Assembly: GCA_963710685.1 (NCBI GenBank)
Contig: CAVQBH010000014.1
Location: forward strand, 16,724-80,723
Reading direction: 5' to 3'
DNA from: an uncultured Methanomassiliicoccales archaeon
GTDB taxonomy: Archaea > Thermoplasmatota > Thermoplasmata > Methanomassiliicoccales > UBA472
Length of the DNA: 64,000 nucleotides
Shown here: piece by piece, positions 18,520 through 27,764 of the stretch
How the letters are laid out: each line of letters begins with the position of its first letter
Position numbering within the stretch: position 1 is the stretch's first letter
Translations under genes and position numbers: made by a program
The notes under the pieces: model-generated
The model's input: only the letters and a program-made list of their open reading frames with translations
Told to the model about the DNA's origin: nothing
Database searches by the model: none

Positions 18520-20811
18520 TCATTGGGTTTTCGCACGGTAAAAGCGGGTAGCACTATTGGTCACTGCGCCATCTGTAAATGTCATCGTGCCGCTGGTGCT
18601 GGTGAAATTGGTAACGGCACTCCAAGCGGCAGGCGACAGGTTGGTGGTGGATTCAATCGAATAATTTCCCAGCGTCGGGCCGGACCATGTCAGATGCGCG
18701 CCAGTGGCGTTGATGCCGGTGATGGCCAATTGTCCTGCCGTGCTGGGACTGGTGACGGCCAAGACGGCAAATTGCGGACGCAGGCTGGTTTCTTGGGGGG
18801 CAGGCACGTCCGCACCCACGGAGAAAGTGACGGCGTTGGTGGCAACCAGATTGGTCACGCTAAAGGTCACAACGCTGGGGCCGTAGTTGGCGATGCTCGT
18901 GTTCCACTGCGCAACGTCGTCGCCGCCGTATTGAACGCCGTTGAAGTAGAGACGGTCGTTCTGGCCGGTGTCGCCGTAGGTGTAAAGCGCGGTGAGCGTG
19001 GCGTTGGTCGCGTTCGCGGGATTGACCGGCGCGAACACGGCGATGCGCTGGCTGACTTCGCCCGATGCTGGCGAGCCGTAAATATCGCCGCTGCCCTCGG
19101 CAATCGAGTAAGCAAAAGCATTGGTCAACGCGCTGCTTTGATAAACGGCTGCGAGTGCGACGTATTGGATGCGTCCGTCAAAACTGTCCGGCGTCGTTTC
19201 GGTCACGCTGATGGTGTTGGGCGTGCCGTTGGTGAAAAGCATTCCCGCCGGAATGGGCATGGCCACCAGCCAGACGCCGTAGCCGGAGCCGTAAGCGCAA
19301 GGCGCGTCGCTGCTGAACAGGGCGTTCAAGTCGCCCGTGGTGCCGAACACGAACGGGTTTGCCACCGGCAAATTGGTGCCGTTCACTGTCACTGTCATGT
19401 CGCAGGTGTAATCATGCGTTCCGCCCCAAACCGTCATGAGCAGCCGGCTGGCGACGATGCGGTTGCAGGCCGGCATGGTCATGGTTTCCTGGTAGGTGTA
19501 AGGCAGGCTGGGCGCGACGTTCGGCCAAGTGTCAATGTTCGTCCAGAACAGACCGCCGTTGGCGATGTTGCCCGCAAGCACGTTGGTCATGCCCAATCCG
19601 CCAAAGGCAAAGCCACCCACGCCCATTGAAAACACCGTGCCGGAATTGTTTATGCCGCCGCTGGAAGTCCAGCCATAAAGCGTGTTGTTGGTGTAAGCCA
19701 GGTCACCATCAGGATTGGCTCCATCCGGGCCGGTGAAACTGTGAAGGATGCTGAAGCCGGTGCCATCAAGACCAATCTTGAACAACGTGCCGACGTTGGA
19801 ACTGCCGCCAATTTTGGTCGTGCCCACGAGAAAGGAACCGACCGAAGTCAGTGCGCCATTGGGATTGGCACCGTTGGTTGCGCCGCCGGTGAAGTTAAAC
19901 AAAACGCTGTAACCGCTGCCGTCGGTATTCAACGAATAAATGGTGCCCAAGTTCGCCGTGCCGCCAACGCGCGTCATGCCGTAAAATCTTGAACCGACCA
20001 ACGTCAACCCGCCGTAGGGGTTCGCGCCGTTGGTCGTGCCGCCGGTGAAGTTGACCAGATTGGTGTAGCCGCTGCCGTCGGGGTTGACGCTGAAAACCAC
20101 GCCATCATTGCCGGTGCCGATCAAGCTGCCGGTTCCTCCATGCACGGTCGTGCCGTAGAGCACGCCATTGTTCAGCAAGAGCGAGCCGCCCAACGGTCGC
20201 GAGCCGTCATTCGTTCCGCCAAGAAAAGTGTGCAAGTTGGTAAAGCCGCCACCGCTGGTGGGAAGCGAATAAATCGAACCGACGCCTGTGCCAGTGCCGT
20301 AGTAGGTCATTCCGTAAAGCGCGGAACCATCAACAATCACGGCACCGTAGGGTTTGTAGCCGGTGCTGGTGGTAAAGCTGTGCAAGTTTTGATAACCCGA
20401 GCCGTCCGCATCAACCGAAAAAACGGTGCCGTAGCCGGTTGTGCCATTGCCGCCGCCGCCGTAGTAGGTCGTGCCGTAAAGCGTCGAGCCGCTCAAGGCC
20501 AGCGAGCCGAGCGGTTGGTAGCCGTCGGGCGCAACGTTGGTGAACGTGTGCAGAACGGCGAAACCGGTGCCATCCATGTTGACTGAAAACACCACGCCGC
20601 CGCCCGCCGCGCCTTGATTAACCGTGCCGTAAATCGTCGAACCGGAAATGACCGGCGCGCCATAATACGGATTGGCTCCGTCCGCGCCGCCGGTAAAGGA
20701 GTGGAGCACGCTAAATTGGGCAAAAACGGTGCCGCCGCTCATCGCCAACACTGCGACCGCCAATTTGAGAATTGAACTTCTATTTAGTTTCGTTGTTTTG
20801 ACGTATTTCAT
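18520..20811 (-). CDS. Secreted protein: GloVer tandem-repeat propeller + DUF3344-like domain + C-terminal FYR domain
   Basis: Signal peptide; seven LH.FTGG..GA.P...LYG.T..GG repeats; then SRL..TVWGG, GSGYGVW, FDGRIQYVAL.AVY and AEG (DUF3344-like); ends YSIESTTNL..W...RFYRA. Confidence 0.75.
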   Translation of the reverse strand: MKYVKTTKLNRSSILKLAVAVLAMSGGTVFAQFSVLHSFTGGADGANPYYGAPVISGSTIYGTVNQGAAGGGVVFSVNMDGTGFAVLHTFTNVAPDGYQPLGSLALSGSTLYGTTYYGGGGNGTTGYGTVFSVDADGSGYQNLHSFTTSTGYKPYGAVIVDGSALYGMTYYGTGTGVGSIYSLPTSGGGFTNLHTFLGGTNDGSRPLGGSLLLNNGVLYGTTVHGGTGSLIGTGNDGVVFSVNPDGSGYTNLVNFTGGTTNGANPYGGLTLVGSRFYGMTRVGGTANLGTIYSLNTDGSGYSVLFNFTGGATNGANPNGALTSVGSFLVGTTKIGGSSNVGTLFKIGLDGTGFSILHSFTGPDGANPDGDLAYTNNTLYGWTSSGGINNSGTVFSMGVGGFAFGGLGMTNVLAGNIANGGLFWTNIDTWPNVAPSLPYTYQETMTMPACNRIVASRLLMTVWGGTHDYTCDMTVTVNGTNLPVANPFVFGTTGDLNALFSSDAPCAYGSGYGVWLVAMPIPAGMLFTNGTPNTISVTETTPDSFDGRIQYVALAAVYQSSALTNAFAYSIAEGSGDIYGSPASGEVSQRIAVFAPVNPANATNATLTALYTYGDTGQNDRLYFNGVQYGGDDVAQWNTSIANYGPSVVTFSVTNLVATNAVTFSVGADVPAPQETSLRPQFAVLAVTSPSTAGQLAITGINATGAHLTWSGPTLGNYSIESTTNLSPAAWSAVTNFTSTSGTMTFTDGAVTNSATRFYRAKTQ
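19620..20720 (-). repeat. Seven ~50-55-aa protein-level GloVer repeats
   Basis: Repeat anchors LHSFTGG, LHTFTNV, LHSFTTS, LHTFLGG, LVNFTGG, LFNFTGG and LHSFTGP. Confidence 0.8.
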
Positions 20812-20837
20812 AAATGATTTAACGGTGTGGGAGTGAT

Positions 20838-21515
20838 TTATTGGGAAGCGTCCCATTCGTTTTGGGTGGTGATTGTTTTGAATTCGACGTGGTCGTCGCA
20901 ATACGCGGCCACAAAACCCTTCTTCGAGTGGCGATAATCCACATACGGAACCGGGTTGGTGAACGAACTGCCGCTGCCGCACCAGTAATCGCCCGGCGTG
21001 CAATCCCCATAAATAATGGTGCCCGAAGGATGGCGAATGTTGTTCGCTTGAACGCCATACCAGAAGCAATAAGCGTTACCCGCGAAGTTGAACGTGTTGA
21101 TGCCGTAGCTCAAAAAGATGTTCGTGTCCCAGGTCACGGGAATCTTTTTCAAATCCGAAGGGCACAGATAGACGCCGGAAGTTTTGCCAATGAATGGCTT
21201 CAACAAATCCATCCAGCGCGTGGTGGAATCAATCCAAGCCGGCGGGTAACTCTTGGCTTCATCCACGTACATCTGGGTGGCCAACCCGATTTGCCGGAGA
21301 TTGCTTTCGCAGCCTGCGCGTTTACCGCGTTCTTTCGCATTCGCCAATGCGGGCAACAGCAACGCGGCCAAAATCGCAATGATGGCGATGACCACCAGCA
21401 GTTCAATCAGCGTGAACGCCGCCTCTCCTCGATGCTGACCCAGGCAATGCGCATCCTTGCTCCAGGCTCTTAACGGTCTGCCTGGATGCAGCGGCTCTGC
21501 CCACGGTGCTTTCAT
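20838..21515 (-). CDS. Prepilin-type N-terminal cleavage/methylation protein (DUF1559/H-X9-DG type)
   Basis: [39 protein letters not shown] and RH....AAYCDDHVE. Confidence 0.9.
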   Translation of the reverse strand: MKAPWAEPLHPGRPLRAWSKDAHCLGQHRGEAAFTLIELLVVIAIIAILAALLLPALANAKERGKRAGCESNLRQIGLATQMYVDEAKSYPPAWIDSTTRWMDLLKPFIGKTSGVYLCPSDLKKIPVTWDTNIFLSYGINTFNFAGNAYCFWYGVQANNIRHPSGTIIYGDCTPGDYWCGSGSSFTNPVPYVDYRHSKKGFVAAYCDDHVEFKTITTQNEWDASQ

Positions 21516-21516
21516 G

Positions 21517-21562
21517 AGATTACGAATATATGAAATCGTAATACTGGCATCTCTGCCGTCAA
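21517..21562 (-). promoter_or_regulatory. Promoter TTGACG-N16-TACGAT overlapped by a 28-bp NikR-type operator (AGATTAC-N14-GTAATAC, 21517-21544)
   Basis: Perfect inner inverted repeat ATTACGA-N10-TCGTAAT at 21519-21542, adjacent to the divergent nikR. Confidence 0.75.
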
Positions 21563-21629
21563 GCCCATTCGAAAAAAGACCGCAATGCTGCAAAACGCCC
21601 CCATGCGGCGAACCTTGCTTGGAACCAGT

Positions 21630-21657
21630 TTGACACATCCTGTATGGTGCCTACCAT
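21630..21657 (+). promoter_or_regulatory. nikR promoter TTGACA-N16-TACCAT
   Basis: Consensus -35 hexamer; the -10 lies about 20 nt before ATG 21678. Confidence 0.6.
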
Positions 21658-21677
21658 TGCCGAGGAACTGTCACGCC

Positions 21678-22106
21678 ATGAAGCAAGAATTGGTTGAGCG
21701 GTTCACCGTGTCGGTGCCGGCGGCGCTTCTGCGCCAGTTTGACGGCATGGTGAACCAGAAGGGATACGAGAATCGTTCGCAGGCTATCGCCGATCAGATG
21801 CGCGACGCCCTCGTCGAGCACCAGCAAGAGTACGGCTCCGGCGAAATTGCCGGCACCATTACGCTCCTTTACGACCATCACAAGCAGCACGTCCAAGCAA
21901 CTCTCACCGACATCCAGCATGACCACCATGAGGTGATCGTCTCTACCCTCCACGTCCATCTCGACCACCATAATTGCCTGGAGGTCCTCGTCGTGCGCGG
22001 CCAGGCCAAAACCGTCAAGAAGATCGCCGACGAACTGATCGCCGCCAAGGGCGTTAAACATGGCAAGCTTACGGTCACCTCCACTGGCAAGGACCTTCCG
22101 GGCTGA
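21678..22106 (+). CDS. nikR: Nickel-responsive regulator NikR
   Basis: Ribbon-helix-helix RFTVS..GYENRS; YDHH; QH; HVHLDHHNCLEV; KGVKHGKL. Confidence 0.95.
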   Translation: MKQELVERFTVSVPAALLRQFDGMVNQKGYENRSQAIADQMRDALVEHQQEYGSGEIAGTITLLYDHHKQHVQATLTDIQHDHHEVIVSTLHVHLDHHNCLEVLVVRGQAKTVKKIADELIAAKGVKHGKLTVTSTGKDLPG

Positions 22107-22379
22107 CCCCGCGTAGCCCGGCACAATGCACTCTTCTCTCCGAACCGCCTCCGACCGTTGTAGTCAATGGAAGCTTCCTCCGCTTCAATTCCGACTCTAC
22201 CACCGCCCGTTGCCCAGGCTGGAGCAACCAAGGATTTGACCTGCTGCCGGTTCGACGTATGGTGCTGTTATGCTTCAGCGATTTCCCGGGCTGCTGATCG
22301 CCGTGTTGTTGGCCCTTTTCATGGGCCAACACAGGTCATTCCTTCGGTCAATCACTGGCATACAAATCCGCGATACCAA

Positions 22380-23113
22380 ATGAACAAGAACACTTGATTC
22401 GCTCACCCGACGTGAGGCTATCCGACGCACTGCGCTCCTGAGCGGCCGTGGCGAGCTTTTGCTCCGCGGCTTTCCGTCGCATTCCGGCGCGGAACCGCCG
22501 GGGGCCTTTTCTCTGCCGCCGCTCGGCTATGCATTCGATGCGCTCGAACCTTACATCGACGCCCAGACGATGCAGATTCATCACGACAAGCACCACGCCG
22601 CCTACGTCGCCAACCTGAACAAGGCCTTGACCGAAGCACCTACGCTTCCGGCAAGCCCATCGAGTCCATCTTCCGCGACCTTGAAGGCGTTCCCGAACCA
22701 ATCCGCACCGCCGTGCGCAACAACGGTGGGGGCCATGCCAACCATTCGTTTTTCTGGCCGCAACTCAAGAACAACCAAGGGCATGGTCCTTCAGGCGAAC
22801 TGGCCAGGGCCATAGACAGCAGGTTTGCCGGCTTTGCCGGGTTTCAGCGCCAGTTCACCGAGGCAGCCACCAAGCAGTTTGGGAGTGGCTGGGCATGGCT
22901 CACGATTAGCGCCGACAAGCAACTTGCGGTTGAGTCCACGCCCAACCAGGACACGCCTCTGTCCAAAGGGCGCACGCCACTGCTTGGCATTGACGTTTGG
23001 GAGCACGCTTACTACCTCAAATACCAAAACCGCCGACCGGAATATATCGCGGCATTCTACGCGTTATCAATTGGGACGTAGTGGCTGACCGGTTCCAAAA
23101 GGCGACAGGCTGA
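22380..23113 (+). CDS. sodA: Mn/Fe superoxide dismutase with Tat-like signal (several apparent frameshifts)
   Basis: [36 protein letters not shown] and DVWEHAYY; TRREAI twin-Arg near the N-terminus. Confidence 0.9.
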
Positions 23114-23213
23114 AGGGCATCGCCTGCGCCTGCAACGGCACCACAGCTCCATCGTCAGACCTTAACCGGCTGGCCGGTTGACGTTTCGCGTGGTTAGTTT
23201 ATTGTCGATCCGG

Positions 23214-23594
23214 ATGCGCGCCGCTATCCGATTTGTCACCGTGCTTGTGCTGGTCCTCTCGCTGGGCCTGCATTGGGCCTTCCTGCAATCGGTGGCCTGG
23301 GTGAGCATGATCGTCACTTACTCGCAAGACGCCTCCTTCACAGAAGCTGTGAGCAAGACTTTTGATGGCAAACATCCTTGTTGCATGTGCAAAGCCATCG
23401 CAAAGGCCCGCGCTGAACAGAAGCAAAAGGAACAGAAGCAGAACGTAAAGCCCGGTTCCAAGATGGATCCGGGGTTGGTTTGGCAGGCATCGCTCGTCGC
23501 TTTTTCATCGGCTGGCGAACGGATTCCCTGCGCAAACTCGGAAGCCTCCCTTCGGTCTTACGAACCTCCCAAGCCGCGCCCTCGCCCGGCTTAG
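23214..23594 (+). CDS. DUF2946-like CxxC leader protein with Pro/Arg-rich C-terminus
   Basis: N-terminal TM, FDGKHPCCMCK and C-terminal EPPKPRPRPA; promoter TTGACG-N16-TATTGT at 23178-23205. Confidence 0.65.
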   Translation: MRAAIRFVTVLVLVLSLGLHWAFLQSVAWVSMIVTYSQDASFTEAVSKTFDGKHPCCMCKAIAKARAEQKQKEQKQNVKPGSKMDPGLVWQASLVAFSSAGERIPCANSEASLRSYEPPKPRPRPA

Positions 23595-23775
23595 TCTCCC
23601 ACTCTATTCCGGGCGTCGGTGTAGATACCGATTCCCAAAGTGCTCTGCTGATTGCCTCAGCAGGCAATTCCATGTTCGTGAGACCCGTTCTCAGCGCGTG
23701 GCGCATTGGCGCGCACACGGTGTAAACCAGAGCTTAGATACAAGATCAATTAAAAACCATAAAAGTAATCAAAAT

Positions 23776-24600
23776 ATGAAAAGTCAGATTAATTCGGCAG
23801 CCAAAACTAAATTGCGAAATCGTGTAGTCAATATTCTTGGATCCGCTGTGTTGGCGGGGTCTGTGCTCCCTGCTTCGGCCGACCTTTATCAAGTCACCGG
23901 CGGTTCAGTTTCGATGACAATCACGGAAGGCCTGGCCAGCAGCGTTGACAATTTTGACGCTTATTTTGACGCGACCGCCACCCGTGCCCAGACGCTCAGC
24001 GATCCGGCCCCGGGTAATGCGCCCTTCGCTGTTAATGGAGCGACTGTCACCGTGGTGGATCCGATTCGTCCCTACGGCGTTGTCCCCAGTCCGTACCCGG
24101 GCACTCCCGGTTCGACACGAAGCCCCCAGATGACAACACTCGAATTCGATTCCAACGATGTCCTTGGCAGTTGGAGTCTTTCCAATGACTCTTTTGGTTT
24201 TGTCGGAAATACGACACTGGGAGAGCAAATTGCGCTGACCAGTATGCAGCGCTGGACCGGGCCGTTCAGCGGCGCCTTGCTTTACGGTGATTTCGGACTT
24301 CGGCGGGTGTCGGCAACAGAGTTGGCGCTGACCAGCAACATTGACTTCCTGAATGCTGATTTCGCCGACATCGTAAACCCGACCATTTCAGTAACAGACG
24401 ATACGCTGACGATCAGCGGCGACCTGCTCATGGGCAATGGGCTTTACCTGTTGGACCCAAGCGTGGTGCCCGGCACCGATTTCGGTACGTTCACAATGAC
24501 CGCGGGGATAGCGGCCGTTCCGGAGCCATCTGCTCTAGCCCTGCTCGGTCTTGGCGCGGTGGTCCCGTTGCTGCGCCGCATCCCCAGGTTAAACCGCTAA
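23776..24600 (+). CDS. PEP-CTERM surface protein of unknown domain
   Basis: Signal peptide; C-terminal VPEPSAL + TM + RR; paralog of 24671-25714. Confidence 0.85.
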   Translation: MKSQINSAAKTKLRNRVVNILGSAVLAGSVLPASADLYQVTGGSVSMTITEGLASSVDNFDAYFDATATRAQTLSDPAPGNAPFAVNGATVTVVDPIRPYGVVPSPYPGTPGSTRSPQMTTLEFDSNDVLGSWSLSNDSFGFVGNTTLGEQIALTSMQRWTGPFSGALLYGDFGLRRVSATELALTSNIDFLNADFADIVNPTISVTDDTLTISGDLLMGNGLYLLDPSVVPGTDFGTFTMTAGIAAVPEPSALALLGLGAVVPLLRRIPRLNR

Positions 24601-24670
24601 CACGCCATGGATATCCCGTGCGGATTGGGTTGGTAGCAATCCAATCCGCGACGTGAATTCGTTTAAATAC

Positions 24671-25714
24671 ATGAAGCTGCGTTTGCCTTCGCTTATGGCG
24701 ATGTTCCCCATCGTCCTCGGCATGGCGATAAACTCCGCTCGCGCACTGACGATCACCGGTGGCACCGCTACCCTGACTCTGGAGGAGGGCAAAGCCGACA
24801 GTATTAGCTGGCTGGACGCCTATTTCAGCGACGCCAAAACCCGGGGGCAAACCCTGTCGGACCCAGCTCCGGGCGACGCACCGTATGTCCGTCTGTCGGG
24901 AACACCCGGCACCATCGGAACGGGCTCGACATCGGGTGTGCTGGGCGTTCCCGGGATCGTTCAGGTCACGGATACGATCCGCCCTTTCGGAGTGATTCCC
25001 ACCCCGCCAGCGCCGGACACCTATCCCGGCACCCCGGGGTCTTCACGCTCGAGGCAAGTCACGACGCTTGATTTTAGCCCGACCAACATTCTGGGCAGTT
25101 GGACCGCATCGACCGACCTGGTTGGCGTATTCGTCACCACCGACGCCTTGAGTGAGCAAATCGCTTTTACCTGTATGCAACGTTGGGGAGGGCCATTTAC
25201 TGGCGTGCTGATCTACGGCGATTTTGCCTTGCGTTACGTGCCCACCCGTGCGGGGACTGTGGCTCCGGGTGGAACCCTGTCGGGGCTGGCGATGGTAAGT
25301 AACATCGACTTCCTCGATTCATCCTGGGCCGACCTGGCCAATGCTTCCATCACTTTCAGCAACAATACGCTGAACATATCAGGCGACCTGTTGATTTCCG
25401 GCGCGCTCAACCTGCTTGACCCGACAGCGACGGTGGGAACGAAATTTGGAACGTTCAGCATGAACGCCACCGTCTTACTCCCCACTCCGCTCATCCATCG
25501 CTTCGCCAGGAATGGCGGCATGGTAACGTTAGAGGCCATGAATGGCCTGCCGAACGGCGGCTACACCGTGCTTTCCTCCACAAACCTCGCGCTGCCGCTC
25601 GCTGCCTGGAGTGTGAGCGCAACGGGCTCGTTCGACGCGAGCGGAACCTGTTCAAACTCCATTCCAACACTGCCGGGGGAAAGCGCACGATTCTTCCGGC
25701 TGCAGCAGCCGTGA
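24671..25714 (+). CDS. Secreted paralog of 23776-24600 with C-terminal FFRL domain
   Basis: Shares [37 protein letters not shown] and SNIDFL; ends [15 protein letters not shown]. Confidence 0.8.
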   Translation: MKLRLPSLMAMFPIVLGMAINSARALTITGGTATLTLEEGKADSISWLDAYFSDAKTRGQTLSDPAPGDAPYVRLSGTPGTIGTGSTSGVLGVPGIVQVTDTIRPFGVIPTPPAPDTYPGTPGSSRSRQVTTLDFSPTNILGSWTASTDLVGVFVTTDALSEQIAFTCMQRWGGPFTGVLIYGDFALRYVPTRAGTVAPGGTLSGLAMVSNIDFLDSSWADLANASITFSNNTLNISGDLLISGALNLLDPTATVGTKFGTFSMNATVLLPTPLIHRFARNGGMVTLEAMNGLPNGGYTVLSSTNLALPLAAWSVSATGSFDASGTCSNSIPTLPGESARFFRLQQP

Positions 25715-26514
25715 GTTCTGCGTTACAGGATCAAAGCCGGACCGTTGCTGCGGAAGTCCCCGGCGGCGGTCCGGGCTTGTGCCTGCGCGCATTCACCTTG
25801 ATCGAACTGCTCGTGGTCATCGCCGTCATTGCAATTCTGGCAGCGTTGCTATTGCCGGCTTTGGGCAAGGCAAAGCACCGTTCCAAGCGCACCGTCTGCC
25901 TGAACAATCTCCGGCAGATGACCCTCGCCGACACGATTTATTGCAACGACAACGGCCAATTGCCGGCGCCGAGCGACTACGTTCCGAGCAGCATTTCCGT
26001 CGCGCGGCTCACCCAAATGGCGCAGACCATCGGCATGACCGTGCCACCGGGTCCAGCCTCAGCGTGGCCGCCGCGCGCACAGCAACCACAGTGGTTCAAC
26101 TGTCCGCTGGCGACGGAATCCGGTTACGCCGAAGGGGTGACGCTCGGCGGCGGACTTTACACTGGTTATGTTTACGTCGGCGGCATCGAAAGATCCCAGA
26201 TGATCACGTTGGGGTTTGCCACGCTCGTAAACCCCGGCCAGGCAGCCGATTACAAAAACACCCGGCGCGGCGTCTTATGGGCTGACATTTTGGATGAGTA
26301 CCTCATGGCCGATCCACGCCGCTTTGAATATTTCCATCCCATCAAACAAATCAAATACCCTGATTTTCGCTTCGAGGCGAACGACCTCGAAGGCATCAAC
26401 CGCGCGTGGTCCGATGGCTCAGTGGAGTGGACAGGCGGCAAACGCCTCGACTTGACCGGTGCAAATAGTTCCGACCTGCGCATCAAACACATTCTCGGCA
26501 ACTACTACTTCTGA
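25711..26514 (+). CDS. Prepilin-type N-terminal cleavage/methylation protein (DUF1559/H-X9-DG-like)
   Basis: [36 protein letters not shown] and [13 protein letters not shown]. Confidence 0.9.
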   Translation: MSSALQDQSRTVAAEVPGGGPGLCLRAFTLIELLVVIAVIAILAALLLPALGKAKHRSKRTVCLNNLRQMTLADTIYCNDNGQLPAPSDYVPSSISVARLTQMAQTIGMTVPPGPASAWPPRAQQPQWFNCPLATESGYAEGVTLGGGLYTGYVYVGGIERSQMITLGFATLVNPGQAADYKNTRRGVLWADILDEYLMADPRRFEYFHPIKQIKYPDFRFEANDLEGINRAWSDGSVEWTGGKRLDLTGANSSDLRIKHILGNYYF

Positions 26515-26527
26515 AACCAAAACATTT

Positions 26528-27367
26528 ATGAACCAGCAAGTCTTTTCCCGTCGCGAGGCTTTGAAACTTCTGACGCTCGCTTCCGCCGCCGGCGCGATTG
26601 CCCCGCAAGTTGTTACCGGCGCGGAGACACATTCCTTGCATGGCCAAGCTCAGGAACAACTTCGCATGGGCAGTGAGCAAATTGCGATTCTCGTTTATCC
26701 TGAATTCACCGCACTCGACGCGCTCGGCCCGCACTACGCACTTTCCGGCATGATGGGCGCGACGGTGCGGTTCGTCGCCAAAACGCTCGACCTCGTTCCG
26801 TGCGAAGGCGCGAGCAAGGGCGGTTATTGCGTGAAGCCGCAACTGACCTTTGCCGACTGCCCCAACCATCTGGACTTGCTGCTCGTGCCCGGCGGACTCG
26901 TCGGAACGCTCGCCGCCATCGAAGATAAAGAGACGATTCAATTTTTGCAAAGCAGCGCCACGAGGACGAAACTCATGAGCAGCGTTTGCACGGGATCACT
27001 CCTGCTCGGCGCGGCGGGTCTGCTCAAAGGCCGCAAAGCCACCAGCCACTGGCAAATGCTCGAAGTTTTGAAAGATGTCGGGGCAACGCCGGTCGCGGAG
27101 CGCGTTGTCTTCGACGGCACCGACCGAGTAACCGCCGCTGGTGTCAGCGCCGGCTTGGATTTGGGTTTTGAACTCGTCCGCCACTATCGCGGCGATTTTT
27201 ACGCGAAGGGAATGCAGTTGCTAGGCGAATATGATCCACATCCACCATTCCCTGGCGGTGGCAATCCCAAGACCGCCGATTCAACCGTAGTGAACATGCT
27301 CAACATGATGCACGCACCCCTGGCGGAGAAATTCAAAGCCGCCATCGCCCATGCCACAACGAAATAG
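26528..27367 (+). CDS. Tat-exported DJ-1/PfpI protein, isonitrile hydratase (InhA)-like
   Basis: SRREALK Tat motif; FTALDALGP, SVCTGS, ATSHW, TAAGVSAGLD and EYDP.PPF..G.P. Confidence 0.85.
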   Translation: MNQQVFSRREALKLLTLASAAGAIAPQVVTGAETHSLHGQAQEQLRMGSEQIAILVYPEFTALDALGPHYALSGMMGATVRFVAKTLDLVPCEGASKGGYCVKPQLTFADCPNHLDLLLVPGGLVGTLAAIEDKETIQFLQSSATRTKLMSSVCTGSLLLGAAGLLKGRKATSHWQMLEVLKDVGATPVAERVVFDGTDRVTAAGVSAGLDLGFELVRHYRGDFYAKGMQLLGEYDPHPPFPGGGNPKTADSTVVNMLNMMHAPLAEKFKAAIAHATTK

Positions 27368-27414
27368 ACACAACGCTGACAATTAATTCCGAACAACCGA
27401 AACACCAAAAGCAA

Positions 27415-27764
27415 ATGAGCACCAATTCAGTCATCAAGAAGCTCCTCAGACTTGAGCTGCAGCCGCCTTAACCCTTTTCTGGTCAGCCAGCTTAACGCGT
27501 GGAGCGGATGCGCCCGCGTTCATCTCGAACGCCACCAACCAATTCACAATTACTGGCATGAGTTGCGACGGCTGCGCGCGGGGTATCGCCTCTGAGCTGA
27601 AGCGAGCCCCCGGCGTGGTGTCGGCGGGAGTATGCTTCAGCAACAGGCTGGCGACAGTGGTCTATGATACAAACCGCATTTCAGTCGCCGGCTTAAAGAA
27701 GGCAATCGTTGAAGCTGGCTATGGAGCCAAACTTGTTAAATCTGAAACAGCAAAGCGGCGGTGA
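27415..27764 (+). CDS. Heavy-metal-associated (HMA/CopZ/MerP-like) protein, likely exported; frameshift in the signal region
   Basis: GMSCDGC..I..EL...PGV...GY. Confidence 0.8.

Noticed and set aside
19620-20720. CRISPR-like or DNA tandem repeat array
   Set aside because: The repeats are degenerate at DNA level and in frame; they encode propeller blades.
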